A model generated the notes under the pieces. That model made no database searches, was not told where the DNA came from, and saw nothing but the letters and a program-made list of their open reading frames with translations. A stretch of DNA of 64,000 nucleotides, taken from a bacterium. GTDB taxonomy: Bacteria; Sysuimicrobiota; Sysuimicrobiia; Sysuimicrobiales; Kaftiobacteriaceae. How positions within the stretch are numbered: position 1 is the first letter of the stretch; the number at the start of each line of letters is the position of its first letter. The stretch spans positions 3,434-67,433 of the forward strand of contig DATDQT010000124.1 in the NCBI GenBank assembly GCA_035292085.1, in the 5' to 3' direction. This document shows positions 54,024 through 64,000 of this stretch, piece after piece. A program made the position numbers and the translations under genes.

Positions 54024-54953
54024 CTAGCGGGCGGCTGCCTCGATGGCGGCGCAGCGGGGGCACGACGGGCCGCACGGTTCGACGTGGATGGTGATGTCCG
54101 TGCCGGGGAGTTCCGCCTTGATGTGGTCTTCGAGGTGATCGGTGAACGCGTGGGACTGCCCGACCGTCATGGTCCGGTGGAGCACCAGGTGCAGATCGAT
54201 GAAGCGGCGCGCTCCCGCTTTGCGCGCGCGCAAGGCATGGTACTCGACGATCTCGTCCTTGTGGGCGTCGAGGATGCCTTTGATCGCGGCCTCCTCTGCC
54301 GGCGGCAGGCTCGTGTCCATCAGCCCGCCGAGTGCGCGGCGGTAGACACCGGCCCCGAGGCTGAGGATATGCAGCCCGACGAGGATGCCCACCACCGGAT
54401 CCAGCCACAGCACGCCGGTGAGCCGGACCAGACCCAGCCCGACAAACACGGCCACCGACGTGAGCACATCTGCCAGCAGGTGTTTGGCGTCTGCCTCCAG
54501 TGCCATCGAATCCGCTTCAAAGGACACGCGGAGGAGGAACCGCGCGGTCAGGTAGTTCGCCGCCGTGGCGACGGCCAGCACCACGAGCCCGGCATCCAGG
54601 TTCTGCAGGGGCACGGGGTCCACAAAGCGCCGGACGGCCGCATAGAGGACGTAGAAGCCGGCCAGAATGACCAGACCGCCCTCGGTGAATCCGCTGATGT
54701 ATTCAGCCTTGCCGTGGCCGTAGGGGTGGGTGGCGTCGGGCGGGCTCACGGCGACCACCAGGCTGATCAACGCGACGTTTGCGGCAATGACGTTGACGAC
54801 CGACTCCGCGGCGTCGGAGAGGATGCCGACGGACCCGGTGAGCACGTACGCGGTGAATTTGAAGACCAGGATGCCGATCCCCGCCACCACGGAGACCACG
54901 GCGGCGCGGACCTGGGGCGCGCGCAATGCCCGAACGAACGACGATTCCTGCAT
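54024..54953 (-). CDS. Cation diffusion facilitator (CDF) family metal efflux transporter
   Basis: 309 aa. SVGILSDAAESVVN and HLLADVLTS metal-site motifs, C-terminal cytoplasmic domain. Confidence 0.85.
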   Translation of the reverse strand: MQESSFVRALRAPQVRAAVVSVVAGIGILVFKFTAYVLTGSVGILSDAAESVVNVIAANVALISLVVAVSPPDATHPYGHGKAEYISGFTEGGLVILAGFYVLYAAVRRFVDPVPLQNLDAGLVVLAVATAANYLTARFLLRVSFEADSMALEADAKHLLADVLTSVAVFVGLGLVRLTGVLWLDPVVGILVGLHILSLGAGVYRRALGGLMDTSLPPAEEAAIKGILDAHKDEIVEYHALRARKAGARRFIDLHLVLHRTMTVGQSHAFTDHLEDHIKAELPGTDITIHVEPCGPSCPRCAAIEAAAR

Positions 54954-55036
54954 GTCAGAGTCGAGTCTAGCACAGGACCTAGATTTCGAATTGCGAATTG
55001 TGCATTGTCAATCCGCACTGCGGCGTCGGTGGGAGG

Positions 55037-57388
55037 ATGGTGATTCCAACGAGACGGCTCCTGCGTGTCCTGCTGATCGTCATCGTCGTCATCGCGATCA
55101 CCGCCGCCGGGGCCGGCGCCTACCTGATCCGCCGTGCCTTTCCGGTCACCAGCGGCCGCCTCGCGGTCGCCGGACTGCAGGAGCCGGTCGAGGTGATCCG
55201 CGACCGGTGGGGCATCCCGCACGTCTTCGCGCGCAACACGCACGACCTGCTCTTCGCGCAGGGATACGTCCACGCGCAAGACCGGCTGTGGCAGATGGAA
55301 CTCAACCGCCGCGCCGCATCCGGACGGCTGTCTGAGGTCTCCGGACGGGCGACCCTCGAGACCGACCGCTTCCTCCGCACGATCGGCCTGCGCCGTGCCG
55401 CGGAGGCGGAAGCCCAGCGGCTCTCCGGAGCGATCAAGGAGGCGCTGGAAGCGTATGCCGGGGGCGTCAACGCCTTCATCGAGACGCACCGCGGGCGGCT
55501 TCCCATCGAGTTCACGTTCGTCGGTCTCACGCCGGAACCGTGGACCCCGACCGATTCCCTGGCGTTTGCGAAGTTGATGGCGTGGATCCTCAGCGGGAAC
55601 TGGCGCGATGAACTCCTGCGCGCCCACATCCTCAGCCGCTTCGGCCCCGAGGGCGTTCTCGCGCTCATCCCTCCGTACCCGGCCGATGCGCCCGTGATCG
55701 CGCCTCCGGAAGCCGGCGGCTACACCTGGAATCTCAGCGCACTGAGGAACCTTCCCGATCTGGCCGGGACGATCCCGGGGGTGGGGAGCAACAACTGGGT
55801 GATCGCGGGTACCCGCACGGCCACCGGCGCTCCCCTGCTGGCCAACGATCCCCACCTCGAGGCCGCGATGCCGTCGGTCTGGTACGAGATGCACCTGACT
55901 GATGGCGACTACAACGCGATCGGCAGCACCTTCCCCGGAACCGCGGGCGTCGTCATCGGCCACAACGAGCACATCGCCTGGGGCGTCACCAATGCCGGAC
56001 CGGACGTGCAGGACCTCTACATCGAGCGGTTCGACCCGGCCGATCCCACCCGCTACCTCTATCAAGGGCAGTGGCTGCGGGCCCAGGTCATCCGGGAGAA
56101 GATCCTCGTCAAGGGCGCCGAACCGGTGATCGAGACAGTCCGCATCACCCGCCACGGCCCGATCCTCAACAACGTGGTGGAGGGCCTCGATGCGTTTGTC
56201 GCCCTGCGCTGGACCGCCCTCGATCCGGGCACGCTCCCCGAGAGTGTCCTGCGGGTCGGCCGGGCGAAGAACTGGAACGAATTCCGCGCGGCGCTGCGGC
56301 TGTGGACCGTGCCGGCGCAGAACTTCGTATTCGCCGACAGAGACGGCAACGTCGGCTACCAGCTGCCCGGCCGGATTCCCGTCCGCGCGAAAGGCGATGG
56401 ACTCTTCCCGGTCCCGGGATGGACCGGCGAGTACGAGTGGACCGGTGAGGTTCCGTTCGATGCGCTGCCCTCGGTCTTCAATCCGCCCCAAGGGTTCATC
56501 GTCACCGCGAACAACCAGATCGTTCCCGACAGCTTCCCCTACCTGATCTCCCGCGACTGGGATCCCGGCTACCGGGCCCGGCGCATCACCGACCTGGTGT
56601 CCCAGATGCCGAAGGCCTCGATCGAGGACCTGCAGCGGATCCACAGAGACGTTACCTCGCTGCCCGCGCAGGCGGTTGTGAGGGCCCTGCAGGACGTGCG
56701 CATCACCGAAGAACCCGCGGCCTCGCTGCTGGCGGAGTTGACGGCGTGGGACGGGGTGCTGGCCGCAGACAGCCGCGCCGCCGCCGTCTACGAAACGTTC
56801 CGCCTCGCGCTGCTGCCCCTGGTGTTCACGGACGTCCTGGGGCCGGACTTGTCGGAAGAGTACTTCGGACGGTCCGACGCCTGGCAGGCGGTCGTCACCC
56901 GCTTCCTGGCCGATCCCCAATCGGCATGGTGGGGCCCGGACGGCCGCGACGCGGTGGTCACGCAGGCGTTGGTGGACGCTGAGAAGACGCTGACCGCGCG
57001 GCTGGGGTCCGACCGCAGCCGCTGGACGTGGGGCCGGCTGCACGTGATGGAGTTCGTCCATCCGATCGGCCGGATTTCCGCGCTGGCCTGGATCTTCAAC
57101 GCGACCGCGCCGCCCACCGGCGGCGACCTCTTCACGGTGAACAACGCGGGGTTCGACCGGAAGACGTACCGCCAGCGCGTGGTCGCCTCGTACCGGCAGA
57201 TCATCGACCTGCAGGAATGGGACCGGTCCGTGTCCATACACACCACCGGCCAGAGCGGCCTGCCGTTTCACCGGCACTACCGCGATTTCGTCCCGATGTG
57301 GGCGACCGGTCAGTACCATCCGATGCTGTTCAACCGCGAGCGGATTCAACAGGAGGCCGAAGGGACGCTGACGCTGGCCCCGCCGTAG
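55037..57388 (+). CDS. Penicillin acylase family Ntn hydrolase (possible acyl-homoserine-lactone/penicillin amidase)
   Basis: N-terminal TM/signal segment. Autoprocessing site GSNNWVIAG. About 783 aa. Start is uncertain (ATG 55037 or GTG 55040). Confidence 0.85.
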   Translation: MVIPTRRLLRVLLIVIVVIAITAAGAGAYLIRRAFPVTSGRLAVAGLQEPVEVIRDRWGIPHVFARNTHDLLFAQGYVHAQDRLWQMELNRRAASGRLSEVSGRATLETDRFLRTIGLRRAAEAEAQRLSGAIKEALEAYAGGVNAFIETHRGRLPIEFTFVGLTPEPWTPTDSLAFAKLMAWILSGNWRDELLRAHILSRFGPEGVLALIPPYPADAPVIAPPEAGGYTWNLSALRNLPDLAGTIPGVGSNNWVIAGTRTATGAPLLANDPHLEAAMPSVWYEMHLTDGDYNAIGSTFPGTAGVVIGHNEHIAWGVTNAGPDVQDLYIERFDPADPTRYLYQGQWLRAQVIREKILVKGAEPVIETVRITRHGPILNNVVEGLDAFVALRWTALDPGTLPESVLRVGRAKNWNEFRAALRLWTVPAQNFVFADRDGNVGYQLPGRIPVRAKGDGLFPVPGWTGEYEWTGEVPFDALPSVFNPPQGFIVTANNQIVPDSFPYLISRDWDPGYRARRITDLVSQMPKASIEDLQRIHRDVTSLPAQAVVRALQDVRITEEPAASLLAELTAWDGVLAADSRAAAVYETFRLALLPLVFTDVLGPDLSEEYFGRSDAWQAVVTRFLADPQSAWWGPDGRDAVVTQALVDAEKTLTARLGSDRSRWTWGRLHVMEFVHPIGRISALAWIFNATAPPTGGDLFTVNNAGFDRKTYRQRVVASYRQIIDLQEWDRSVSIHTTGQSGLPFHRHYRDFVPMWATGQYHPMLFNRERIQQEAEGTLTLAPP

Positions 57389-57555
57389 GCTTCAGCCATC
57401 CTCTCAACATCCCAGCAGTCACTTAGCACACGACAGCTACCACACGGGCCAGATTTCCTCGCTGCGCGCCCTGATGGGACTGAAACCGATCGAATAAGCG
57501 GGCAGACTTAACCCCCGGCAGGGATACCATCGCATCTAACGAACGTTTGGTAGGG

Positions 57556-58158
57556 ATGCGCACATTGTCCCGTCCGAAACATGAGGAGCTGATGGTTGCT
57601 GCGGTCAGACTGTTCCGCGCACGCGGGTATCACGCCACCTCGATGCAGGACCTTGCCGAAGCCGTGGGCATTCAGCGCGGCAGCTTGTACCACTACATTA
57701 CGGCAAAGGAGGACCTGCTCTGGGCGATCATGGATCGGACGATCGCCCGGCTGGGCGGTGCGGTTGAGCCCGTGGTCAAGGCGCGTGGCACCGCCGTGGA
57801 GCGACTGCGCTGGGCGGTGGCCGCGCATCTGGAAGTCGCCGCGGCGCTTCCGGATGAGATGACCATCCTCCACGTCGAGCTGAAGTCCCTCAGCAACCCC
57901 CGGCGCCGTCAGATGGTGGCCCTCCGTGACCGGTATGAGGAATTGTTCCGCACCGTGATTCGCGACGGTATCGGCACCGGCGAGTTTCGCAAGATCGAAC
58001 CCAAAGGCACCGTGTTCGCCATCCTGGGGGCCTGCAACTGGTTCACGCAATGGTATCGGCCGGACGGCGCGCAACACCATTCCGTATTCGCGCGGATTTT
58101 CGCCGACCTGTTCATTGACGGCGTACAAGCGACGCCGATGTCGGAGAAACGATCGTGA
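57556..58158 (+). CDS. TetR/AcrR-family regulator (FadR/YsiA-like by context)
   Basis: HTH TSMQDLAEAVGIQRGSLYHYI. GTGA overlap with the fadN-like gene. Confidence 0.8.
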   Translation: MRTLSRPKHEELMVAAVRLFRARGYHATSMQDLAEAVGIQRGSLYHYITAKEDLLWAIMDRTIARLGGAVEPVVKARGTAVERLRWAVAAHLEVAAALPDEMTILHVELKSLSNPRRRQMVALRDRYEELFRTVIRDGIGTGEFRKIEPKGTVFAILGACNWFTQWYRPDGAQHHSVFARIFADLFIDGVQATPMSEKRS

Positions 58159-60548
58159 CGCCACGGATCCGTAAGGCGGCCGTCCTCGGCGCAGGGGTCA
58201 TGGGCAGCGCGATTGCAGCGCACCTGGCCAACGCCGGCATCCCCGTCCTCCTGCTGGACATCGTCCCCACAGAGCTCACCGATGAGGAACGCCGCCGCGG
58301 GCAGACGCTGCAGAACCCCAACGTCCGCAACCGATTCGCTGCCGCCGGAATGAAACGCGCCCTGGCGGCGCAGCCGCCCGCGTTCTTCACGCCTTCGCGC
58401 GCCCAATTGATCTCGGTGGGCAACTTCGACGACGACCTGCCCAAGCTCCGCGACGCCGACTGGATCATCGAAGCCGTCGTCGAGAACCTGGAGATCAAAC
58501 GCGCGCTGCTGGACCGGGTCGACGCGTACCGGCGCGAGGACGCGGTGCTCAGCACGAATACGTCGGGCCTGCCGGTGCACGCGATCGCCGACGGCCGGTC
58601 CGACGCGTTCCGCCGGCACTTCCTGGGCACACACTTCTTCAATCCGCCGCGGTACCTGAAGCTGCTGGAACTCATCGCGCTGCCGGACACCGACCAGGCG
58701 GTCGCGGCGGCCGCCGCGGCATGGGGCGATCGTGTGCTGGGCAAAGGGATCGTCCACGCCCACGACCGGCCCAACTTCATCGCCAACCGGATCGGCTCAT
58801 ACGGCTTCCGGAAAGCGGTGTCGTTGATGGTGGATCTCGACCTGTCCATCGAAGACGTCGACGAACTCACCGGTCCGCTCATCGGCCGGCCGCGCAGCGC
58901 GACATTCCGTACCACCGACCTGGTCGGCCTGGACACGGCGATCAATGTCTCGGAGAACTCCTACCGCAACCTGCCCGATGACGAGGAGCGCGAGGTCTTC
59001 TCAGTCCCGCCGCTGTTCCGGGAGATGGCGGCCCGGGGCTGGCTGGGTGAGAAGACCGGAAGCGGGTTCTACCGGCGCGTGAACGGAGAGATCCAGGCCC
59101 TCGACTATGCGACGATGGAGTACCGGCCCCGGCGGAAGGTCACGCTGCCTTCGGTGGAAGCCGCCCGGCCGATCGAGGACCCGGCCAAGCGTCTGCGGCA
59201 GCTGATCGGCGCAGGCGACAAGGGCGGGGAATTCCTCTGGCGACTCACCAGCAGCCTTCTGGTGTATGCGGCCGCACGCATTCCCGAGATCGCCGATGAC
59301 GTCGTCAACGTCGACCGGGCGATGCGGTGGGGCTACGCGTGGGATCACGGACCGTTTGAAACTTGGGACCTGCTGGGCGTGGGCGACGTCGCGAATCGGC
59401 TCGGGCGTGAGGATCGCACCGTGCCGCCGCTGGTGCAGGCCGTCCTCGACCGCGGGGACGGAGTGTTCTACCGTCCCCGGGCCGGCGGGCGCGAATACTT
59501 CGACCTCACGCTGGCCGGCTATCGCGCGGAACCGGACCGTCCGGGCGTCATCATCCTGAACGACCTGAAGTCCGCCGGAGGCGTCGTCGCCGAGAACGCC
59601 GGCGCCAGTCTCGTCGACCTGGGTGACGGCATCGCCTGCCTGGAGTTTCACTCCAAGGTCAACACGATCGGCGAGGACACCATCCGCATGATGCACCGCG
59701 CGATGGACGTCGTGCGGGCGCAGTTCGACGGCCTGGTCATCGCCAATCAAGGCAAGGATTTCTCCGGCGGCGCCAACCTGATGCTGCTGCTGCTGCTCGC
59801 GCAGGAGGAGAACTGGGAAGACGTGGAGCTCGCGCTGCGCGAGTTCCAGCGTCTGAATCTCGCCCTGCGCTACTTCGAGAAACCGGTCGTCACCGCCCCG
59901 TTCGGCCGCACGTTGGCCGGCGGCTGCGAGGTCGTGCTCCCTGCGGCGCGGGTCCAGGCCGCCGCGGAAACGTACATCGGACTGGTCGAGACCGGCGTCG
60001 GCTTGATTCCGGCAGGCGGCGGGACGACCGAAATGGTGCGCCGGGCGGCGGCGCGGATCCCACCCGGCACCGAGGCCGATCCCAGTCCGTTCGTGCGCTG
60101 GATCTTCGAGAACATCGCCCTGGCCAAGGTGTCCGCGTCGGCCGAGGACGCGCGGTCGCTGGGATATCTGCGCGAGTCAGACGGTATCTCCATGAACGGG
60201 GACCGGCTGATCCACGATGCCAAGGAGGCCGCGCTGAGCCTGGTGCGCCTGGGATACCGGCCGCCCCTCCGTGAGGTGATTCCCGTCGTCGGCGAGCGCG
60301 GGCTGGGCGCCCTGGAGACGTACCTGCACCTGATGCGCACCGCCGGGTACATCTCGGAGTACGATGAGACTATCGGACGGAGGCTCGCCCACGTGGTTTG
60401 CGGCGGGCGGGTGCCCTACCGGACGCGCGTCTCGGAGGAGTACCTGCACGACTTGGAACGGGAAGCGTTCCTGAACCTGATCGGGCAGCGCAAGACGCAG
60501 GACCGGATGCGGCATCTGCTGCAAACGGGGAGGCCATTGAGAAATTGA
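58155..60548 (+). CDS. fadN: 3-hydroxyacyl-CoA dehydrogenase / enoyl-CoA hydratase fusion (FadN/YusL-like)
   Basis: 797 aa. [17 protein letters not shown] Rossmann motif and a C-terminal crotonase-like region. Confidence 0.85.
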   Translation: MTPRIRKAAVLGAGVMGSAIAAHLANAGIPVLLLDIVPTELTDEERRRGQTLQNPNVRNRFAAAGMKRALAAQPPAFFTPSRAQLISVGNFDDDLPKLRDADWIIEAVVENLEIKRALLDRVDAYRREDAVLSTNTSGLPVHAIADGRSDAFRRHFLGTHFFNPPRYLKLLELIALPDTDQAVAAAAAAWGDRVLGKGIVHAHDRPNFIANRIGSYGFRKAVSLMVDLDLSIEDVDELTGPLIGRPRSATFRTTDLVGLDTAINVSENSYRNLPDDEEREVFSVPPLFREMAARGWLGEKTGSGFYRRVNGEIQALDYATMEYRPRRKVTLPSVEAARPIEDPAKRLRQLIGAGDKGGEFLWRLTSSLLVYAAARIPEIADDVVNVDRAMRWGYAWDHGPFETWDLLGVGDVANRLGREDRTVPPLVQAVLDRGDGVFYRPRAGGREYFDLTLAGYRAEPDRPGVIILNDLKSAGGVVAENAGASLVDLGDGIACLEFHSKVNTIGEDTIRMMHRAMDVVRAQFDGLVIANQGKDFSGGANLMLLLLLAQEENWEDVELALREFQRLNLALRYFEKPVVTAPFGRTLAGGCEVVLPAARVQAAAETYIGLVETGVGLIPAGGGTTEMVRRAAARIPPGTEADPSPFVRWIFENIALAKVSASAEDARSLGYLRESDGISMNGDRLIHDAKEAALSLVRLGYRPPLREVIPVVGERGLGALETYLHLMRTAGYISEYDETIGRRLAHVVCGGRVPYRTRVSEEYLHDLEREAFLNLIGQRKTQDRMRHLLQTGRPLRN

Positions 60549-60573
60549 GACCGACTGGCCGGAGGTTCGACCG

Positions 60574-61755
60574 ATGAAAGAAGCCGTCATCGTCAGCGCC
60601 GTCCGCACCGCCGTCGGCAAGGCGCCGCGCGGCACCCTGAAGGACACACGGCCGGACGAAATGGCGGCGGCGGTGATCAAGGAAGCGGTCGCGCGGGTGG
60701 GCGGGCTCGAGCCGGCCGACATCGAGGACGTCGTGATGGGCTGCGCCCTGCCGGAAGCGGAACAAGGCCTGAATGTCGCCCGGATCGCGGCCCTGCGGGC
60801 GGGACTACCCGACACCGTCGCCGGGCAGACCGTCAACCGCTTCTGCTCGTCCGGCCTGCAGGCGATCGCCACGGCCAGCGAGCACATCATGACCGGGTTC
60901 TCGGAGGTCGCCGTCGCGGGCGGGACAGAGAGCATGAGCCTCATGCCGGGCCAGGCCGGCCACGACTTCGCGCCCAATCCATACCTCGTCGATCACTGGC
61001 CCGACGTGTACCTGTCGATGGGCCTGACCGCCGAAAACGTCGCGCGGAAGTTCAGCGTGTCGCGCGAGGATCAGGACGACTACGCCTACCACAGCCACCG
61101 GCGCGCCGCGGACGCCATCCGCAGCGGGAAGTTCACCGAGGAGATCCTCCCCCTCACGGTGACGCGGTGGGAATCGAATGGCGACGGCCGCCCCACGGCC
61201 ACCCCCGTGACGTTTGCGACCGACGAAGGCGTGCGCCACGATACCTCGCCCGAGGCGCTGGCGAAACTGAAGCCCGTGTTCGCGAAAGACGGCGTGGTCA
61301 CCGCCGGGAACTCCTCGCAGACCAGCGACGGCGCGGCCGCGGTGGTCGTGATGTCGGCGGACCGCGCGCGGAGCCTGGGGCTCCACCCTCTGGGCGTCTT
61401 CCGAGCGTTCGCGGTCGCCGGCGTCGCGCCCGAGATCATGGGCATCGGCCCGGTCGAAGCCGTCCCCAAAGCGATCCGGCTGGCGGGACTCCGGCTGGAC
61501 GACATCGACCTGATCGAGTTGAATGAAGCATTCGCCTCGCAGACGCTGGCCGTGATCCGCGAACTGGGGCTTGACCCCGACCGCGTCAACGTCAACGGCG
61601 GGGCGATCGCGCTGGGGCACCCGCTGGGCTGCACCGGCGCCAAACTCACAGCCACGCTGCTGTACGAACTGCGGCGCCGCAACGCCCGGTACGGGCTGGT
61701 CACGATGTGCATCGGCGGCGGGATGGGCGCGGCCGGCGTGTTCGAACGTGTCTAA
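60574..61755 (+). CDS. fadA: Acetyl-CoA C-acyltransferase (thiolase)
   Basis: [11 protein letters not shown] active-site Cys, [16 protein letters not shown]. Confidence 0.9.
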   Translation: MKEAVIVSAVRTAVGKAPRGTLKDTRPDEMAAAVIKEAVARVGGLEPADIEDVVMGCALPEAEQGLNVARIAALRAGLPDTVAGQTVNRFCSSGLQAIATASEHIMTGFSEVAVAGGTESMSLMPGQAGHDFAPNPYLVDHWPDVYLSMGLTAENVARKFSVSREDQDDYAYHSHRRAADAIRSGKFTEEILPLTVTRWESNGDGRPTATPVTFATDEGVRHDTSPEALAKLKPVFAKDGVVTAGNSSQTSDGAAAVVVMSADRARSLGLHPLGVFRAFAVAGVAPEIMGIGPVEAVPKAIRLAGLRLDDIDLIELNEAFASQTLAVIRELGLDPDRVNVNGGAIALGHPLGCTGAKLTATLLYELRRRNARYGLVTMCIGGGMGAAGVFERV

Positions 61756-61766
61756 GGAGGCCTGAC

Positions 61767-63542
61767 ATGGACGTGAAAGAAGTCGTTGCACCGGTGGCCG
61801 GAGGCTCGTTTCTGATCAGCGAAACGCGGCCGGCCGAGACGTTCACGCCGGAGGATCTGAACGAGGAACAGCGGCTGGTCGGCCAGACCGTCCGCGACTT
61901 CGTCGAACGCGATCTCGTCCCCAAACTCGACCGCATCGAGCAGAAAGACTGGTCGCTGACCCGTGACCTGATCCGCAAGCTCGGGGAACTCGGATTCCTC
62001 GGCATCGAGGTGCCCGCGGCCTACGGCGGCGCCGAACTGGACAAGATCAGCTCGCTCGTCGTCGCGGAGGACCTGTCGGCGGGGTCCTTCGCCGTGTCGT
62101 ACGGCGCCCACGTGGGCATCGGCATGGAGCCCCTCGTGTTCTTCGGCACGGATGCCCAGCGGCAGCAGTACCTGCCGAAGATGATCCGGGGGGAGCTGAT
62201 CGGCGCGTACGCCCTCACCGAACCCACCGCCGGGTCCGATGCGATGTCCATCCGGACCAGGGCCGTGCTGTCCGCCGACGGCGCCCACTACCTCCTCAAC
62301 GGCGCCAAGCAGTTCATCACCAACGCCGCCTTCGCCGACGTCTTCACCGTCTTCGCGAAAGTGGACGGCGAGAAGCATACCTGCTTCATCGTCGAGCGGG
62401 GCACCGAGGGGGTCAGCGTCGGAGAGGAAGAGCACAAGATGGGGATCCGCGGGTCGTCCACGGCCTCGCTGTTCCTCGAGAATGCGAAAGTCCCCGTCGA
62501 GAACGTCCTGGGCGACATCGGGGCCGGATTCAAGGTGGCGGTGAACATCCTGAACATGGGCCGCTTCAAGCTGGCCGCCGGGTGCGTCGGCGCCAGCAAG
62601 GCGGTCCTGCGGCAGGCGATTGCCTACGCGCAGGAGCGCCAGCAGTTCGGGCGGCGGCTTTCTGAGTTCGGTCTGATCAAACACAAACTCGCCGAGATGG
62701 CCATCCGCACGTTCGTGGCCGAGAGCATGGCGTATCGCACGGGCGGCCTGGTCGAGGGCGCGCTGGGCGGCGTCCACGGCGACCCGCAGGCGGCGATGCG
62801 CGCGCTGGAAGAGTACGCCGCGGAATGCGCGATCAACAAGGTCTTCGCGTCGGAGACCCTCGACTACGTCGTCGACGAGGCGGTCCAGGTCTACGGCGGA
62901 TACGGCTTCATCGAAGAGTACCCCGCGGCGCGGGCGTACCGCGACGCGCGGATTAACCGCCTGTTCGAAGGGACCAACGAGATCAACCGACTGCTGACCG
63001 CCGGCATGCTGCTGCGCCGGGCGCAGCGGGGACGGCTGGCGCTGATCCCGGCCGCGATGGCCGTGGCGAAAGAGTTGACCGAGCCGTCGGTGCCCGACGG
63101 CGGCGACGGCGGGCCCCTGGCCGAAGAACGGCGGCTGGTGACCGGCGCCAAGAAAGCCGCGCTCCTGGTGGCCGGGGTAGCCGTGCAGAAGTACATGGAC
63201 ACGATCGAAAACGAGCAGGAGGTCCTAGCCGGCCTCGCCGACCTCGTGATCGAGATCTTTGCCATGGAGAGCGCGCTGCTGCGGGCCCTCAAGGCGGTCA
63301 AGCGGGACGGCGCCGCCGCGGCGGCCCTCAAGATCGCCATGGTCCGGTCCTACGTGCACGATGCGATCGCGCGCGTGGACGCCACGGCCAAGATGGTGCT
63401 GGCGGCAGCGGAAGAAGGCGACACGCTCCGCACCGAACTGGCCGGCCTGCGGCGGTTCCTGCGCTACACGCCGGTCAATACCGTCGCGTTGCGCCGGCAG
63501 ATTGCGGACCGGCTGGTGGAACAGGGACGGTACACGAACTGA
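61767..63542 (+). CDS. fadE: Acyl-CoA dehydrogenase, long form (FadE/YusJ-like)
   Basis: ATG 61767, 6 nt after AAGGAGG. 591 aa. YALTEPTAGSD, FGRRLSEFGLIKHKLA, GGYGFIEEYPAARAYRDARI. Confidence 0.85.
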   Translation: MDVKEVVAPVAGGSFLISETRPAETFTPEDLNEEQRLVGQTVRDFVERDLVPKLDRIEQKDWSLTRDLIRKLGELGFLGIEVPAAYGGAELDKISSLVVAEDLSAGSFAVSYGAHVGIGMEPLVFFGTDAQRQQYLPKMIRGELIGAYALTEPTAGSDAMSIRTRAVLSADGAHYLLNGAKQFITNAAFADVFTVFAKVDGEKHTCFIVERGTEGVSVGEEEHKMGIRGSSTASLFLENAKVPVENVLGDIGAGFKVAVNILNMGRFKLAAGCVGASKAVLRQAIAYAQERQQFGRRLSEFGLIKHKLAEMAIRTFVAESMAYRTGGLVEGALGGVHGDPQAAMRALEEYAAECAINKVFASETLDYVVDEAVQVYGGYGFIEEYPAARAYRDARINRLFEGTNEINRLLTAGMLLRRAQRGRLALIPAAMAVAKELTEPSVPDGGDGGPLAEERRLVTGAKKAALLVAGVAVQKYMDTIENEQEVLAGLADLVIEIFAMESALLRALKAVKRDGAAAAALKIAMVRSYVHDAIARVDATAKMVLAAAEEGDTLRTELAGLRRFLRYTPVNTVALRRQIADRLVEQGRYTN

Positions 63543-63576
63543 CGGGCTTCGCGCGTTGTCAGACCCGGGTATCCGG

Positions 63577-64000
63577 ATGAGTGAACAACGGCCGTGGTTG
63601 AAGTTCTATGAACCGGGCGTGCCGCAGACGCTCGAGTATCCGGAGATTGCCGTCTCGGAGTTCCTGGACCAGTCGGCGGCGCGGTTCCCACAGCACACGG
63701 CGACCGTCTTCTTCGGGGCCCGGCTCACATACCGGCGGCTGCAAGACCTGGCGGACCGGTTCGCGGCCGCCCTGATCCGTCTGGGGGTCCGCGCCGGTGA
63801 CCGGGTGTCGCTGCACCTGCCGAACTGCCCGCAGTTTCTCATCGCGTACTACGGCGCCCTGAAGGCCGGCGCCGTCGTCGTGCCGTTCAACCCGCTGTAC
63901 GTCGAACGGGAGATCGAACACCAGCTCAATGACAGCGGGACCGCGGTCGCCGTGACGCTGGATCTCGTCTTCCCCAAGCTCGCCGCGGTCCGCCCGCGTA
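63577..64000 (+). CDS. Long-chain-fatty-acid--CoA ligase (AMP-binding), 5' fragment truncated by the window end
   Basis: My own translation from ATG 63577: MSEQRPWLKFYEPGVPQTLEYPEI...LPNCPQFLIAYYGALKAGAVVVPFNPLY. It is absent from the ORF track because no stop lies in the window. Confidence 0.75.
   Translation, partial: MSEQRPWLKFYEPGVPQTLEYPEIAVSEFLDQSAARFPQHTATVFFGARLTYRRLQDLADRFAAALIRLGVRAGDRVSLHLPNCPQFLIAYYGALKAGAVVVPFNPLYVEREIEHQLNDSGTAVAVTLDLVFPKLAAVRPR

Noticed and set aside
54767-57349. 860-aa ORF on the minus strand.
   Set aside because: It is antisense to the penicillin-acylase-family gene (GSNNWVIAG site). It has no recognisable motifs and an arginine/glycine/proline-rich composition.

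Overview
This is a 64-kb chromosomal window from a very GC-rich bacterium. Typical 60-nt lines I counted run about 70-80% G+C. I could run no searches, so every family call rests on motifs and synteny read by eye.

Contents: I support about 57 protein genes and one tRNA-Glu(CUC). I found no rRNA, CRISPR array, transposase or integrase. Coding density is high, and many neighbouring genes overlap by 1-4 nt at stop/start (ATGA or GTGA), which defines the operons.

Gene order is Bacillota-like:
- Ycf45/SpoIIIAA-like ATPase, tmk, darA, holB
- mfd, a parvulin PPIase, a yabO-like S4 protein, eno, a divIC-like gene, a yabR-like S1 protein
- prkA-yhbH-spoVR
- murT-gatD
- a TetR regulator with fadN-fadA-fadE and an acyl-CoA ligase

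Most interesting observations:
1. nadE is translationally coupled to two very large glutamate-synthase-like proteins. Their domain order is permuted, the FMN barrel is duplicated, and no GltD-type partner is present (14556-21471).
2. Family A is a set of long perfect GC hairpins. Each has a conserved 33-nt apical module, but the 18-23 bp stems are unrelated in sequence (12241-12315, 12337-12415, 28432-28508).
3. Two further dispersed repeat families exist. Family B (GATTGCTTCG...CTCGCAATGAC) has copies that overlap gene termini. Family C is built on the GGGGTCAGACCCC palindrome.
4. A roughly 1.8-kb low-GC islet (vapBC plus a nucleotidyltransferase) lies next to tRNA-Glu. It is bounded by 14-bp direct repeats and a tRNA-3'-end-like fragment.
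5. A multicopper oxidase-ZIP-DtxR operon has a near-consensus promoter and an AT-rich palindromic operator.
6. Fusions and couplings I do not recognise as described include a GT2::PIG-L deacetylase fusion and a small-protein-PxpA-toroid-repeat-protein operon.

Start codons are often uncertain. The ORF track frequently over-extends N-termini in this GC-rich DNA.
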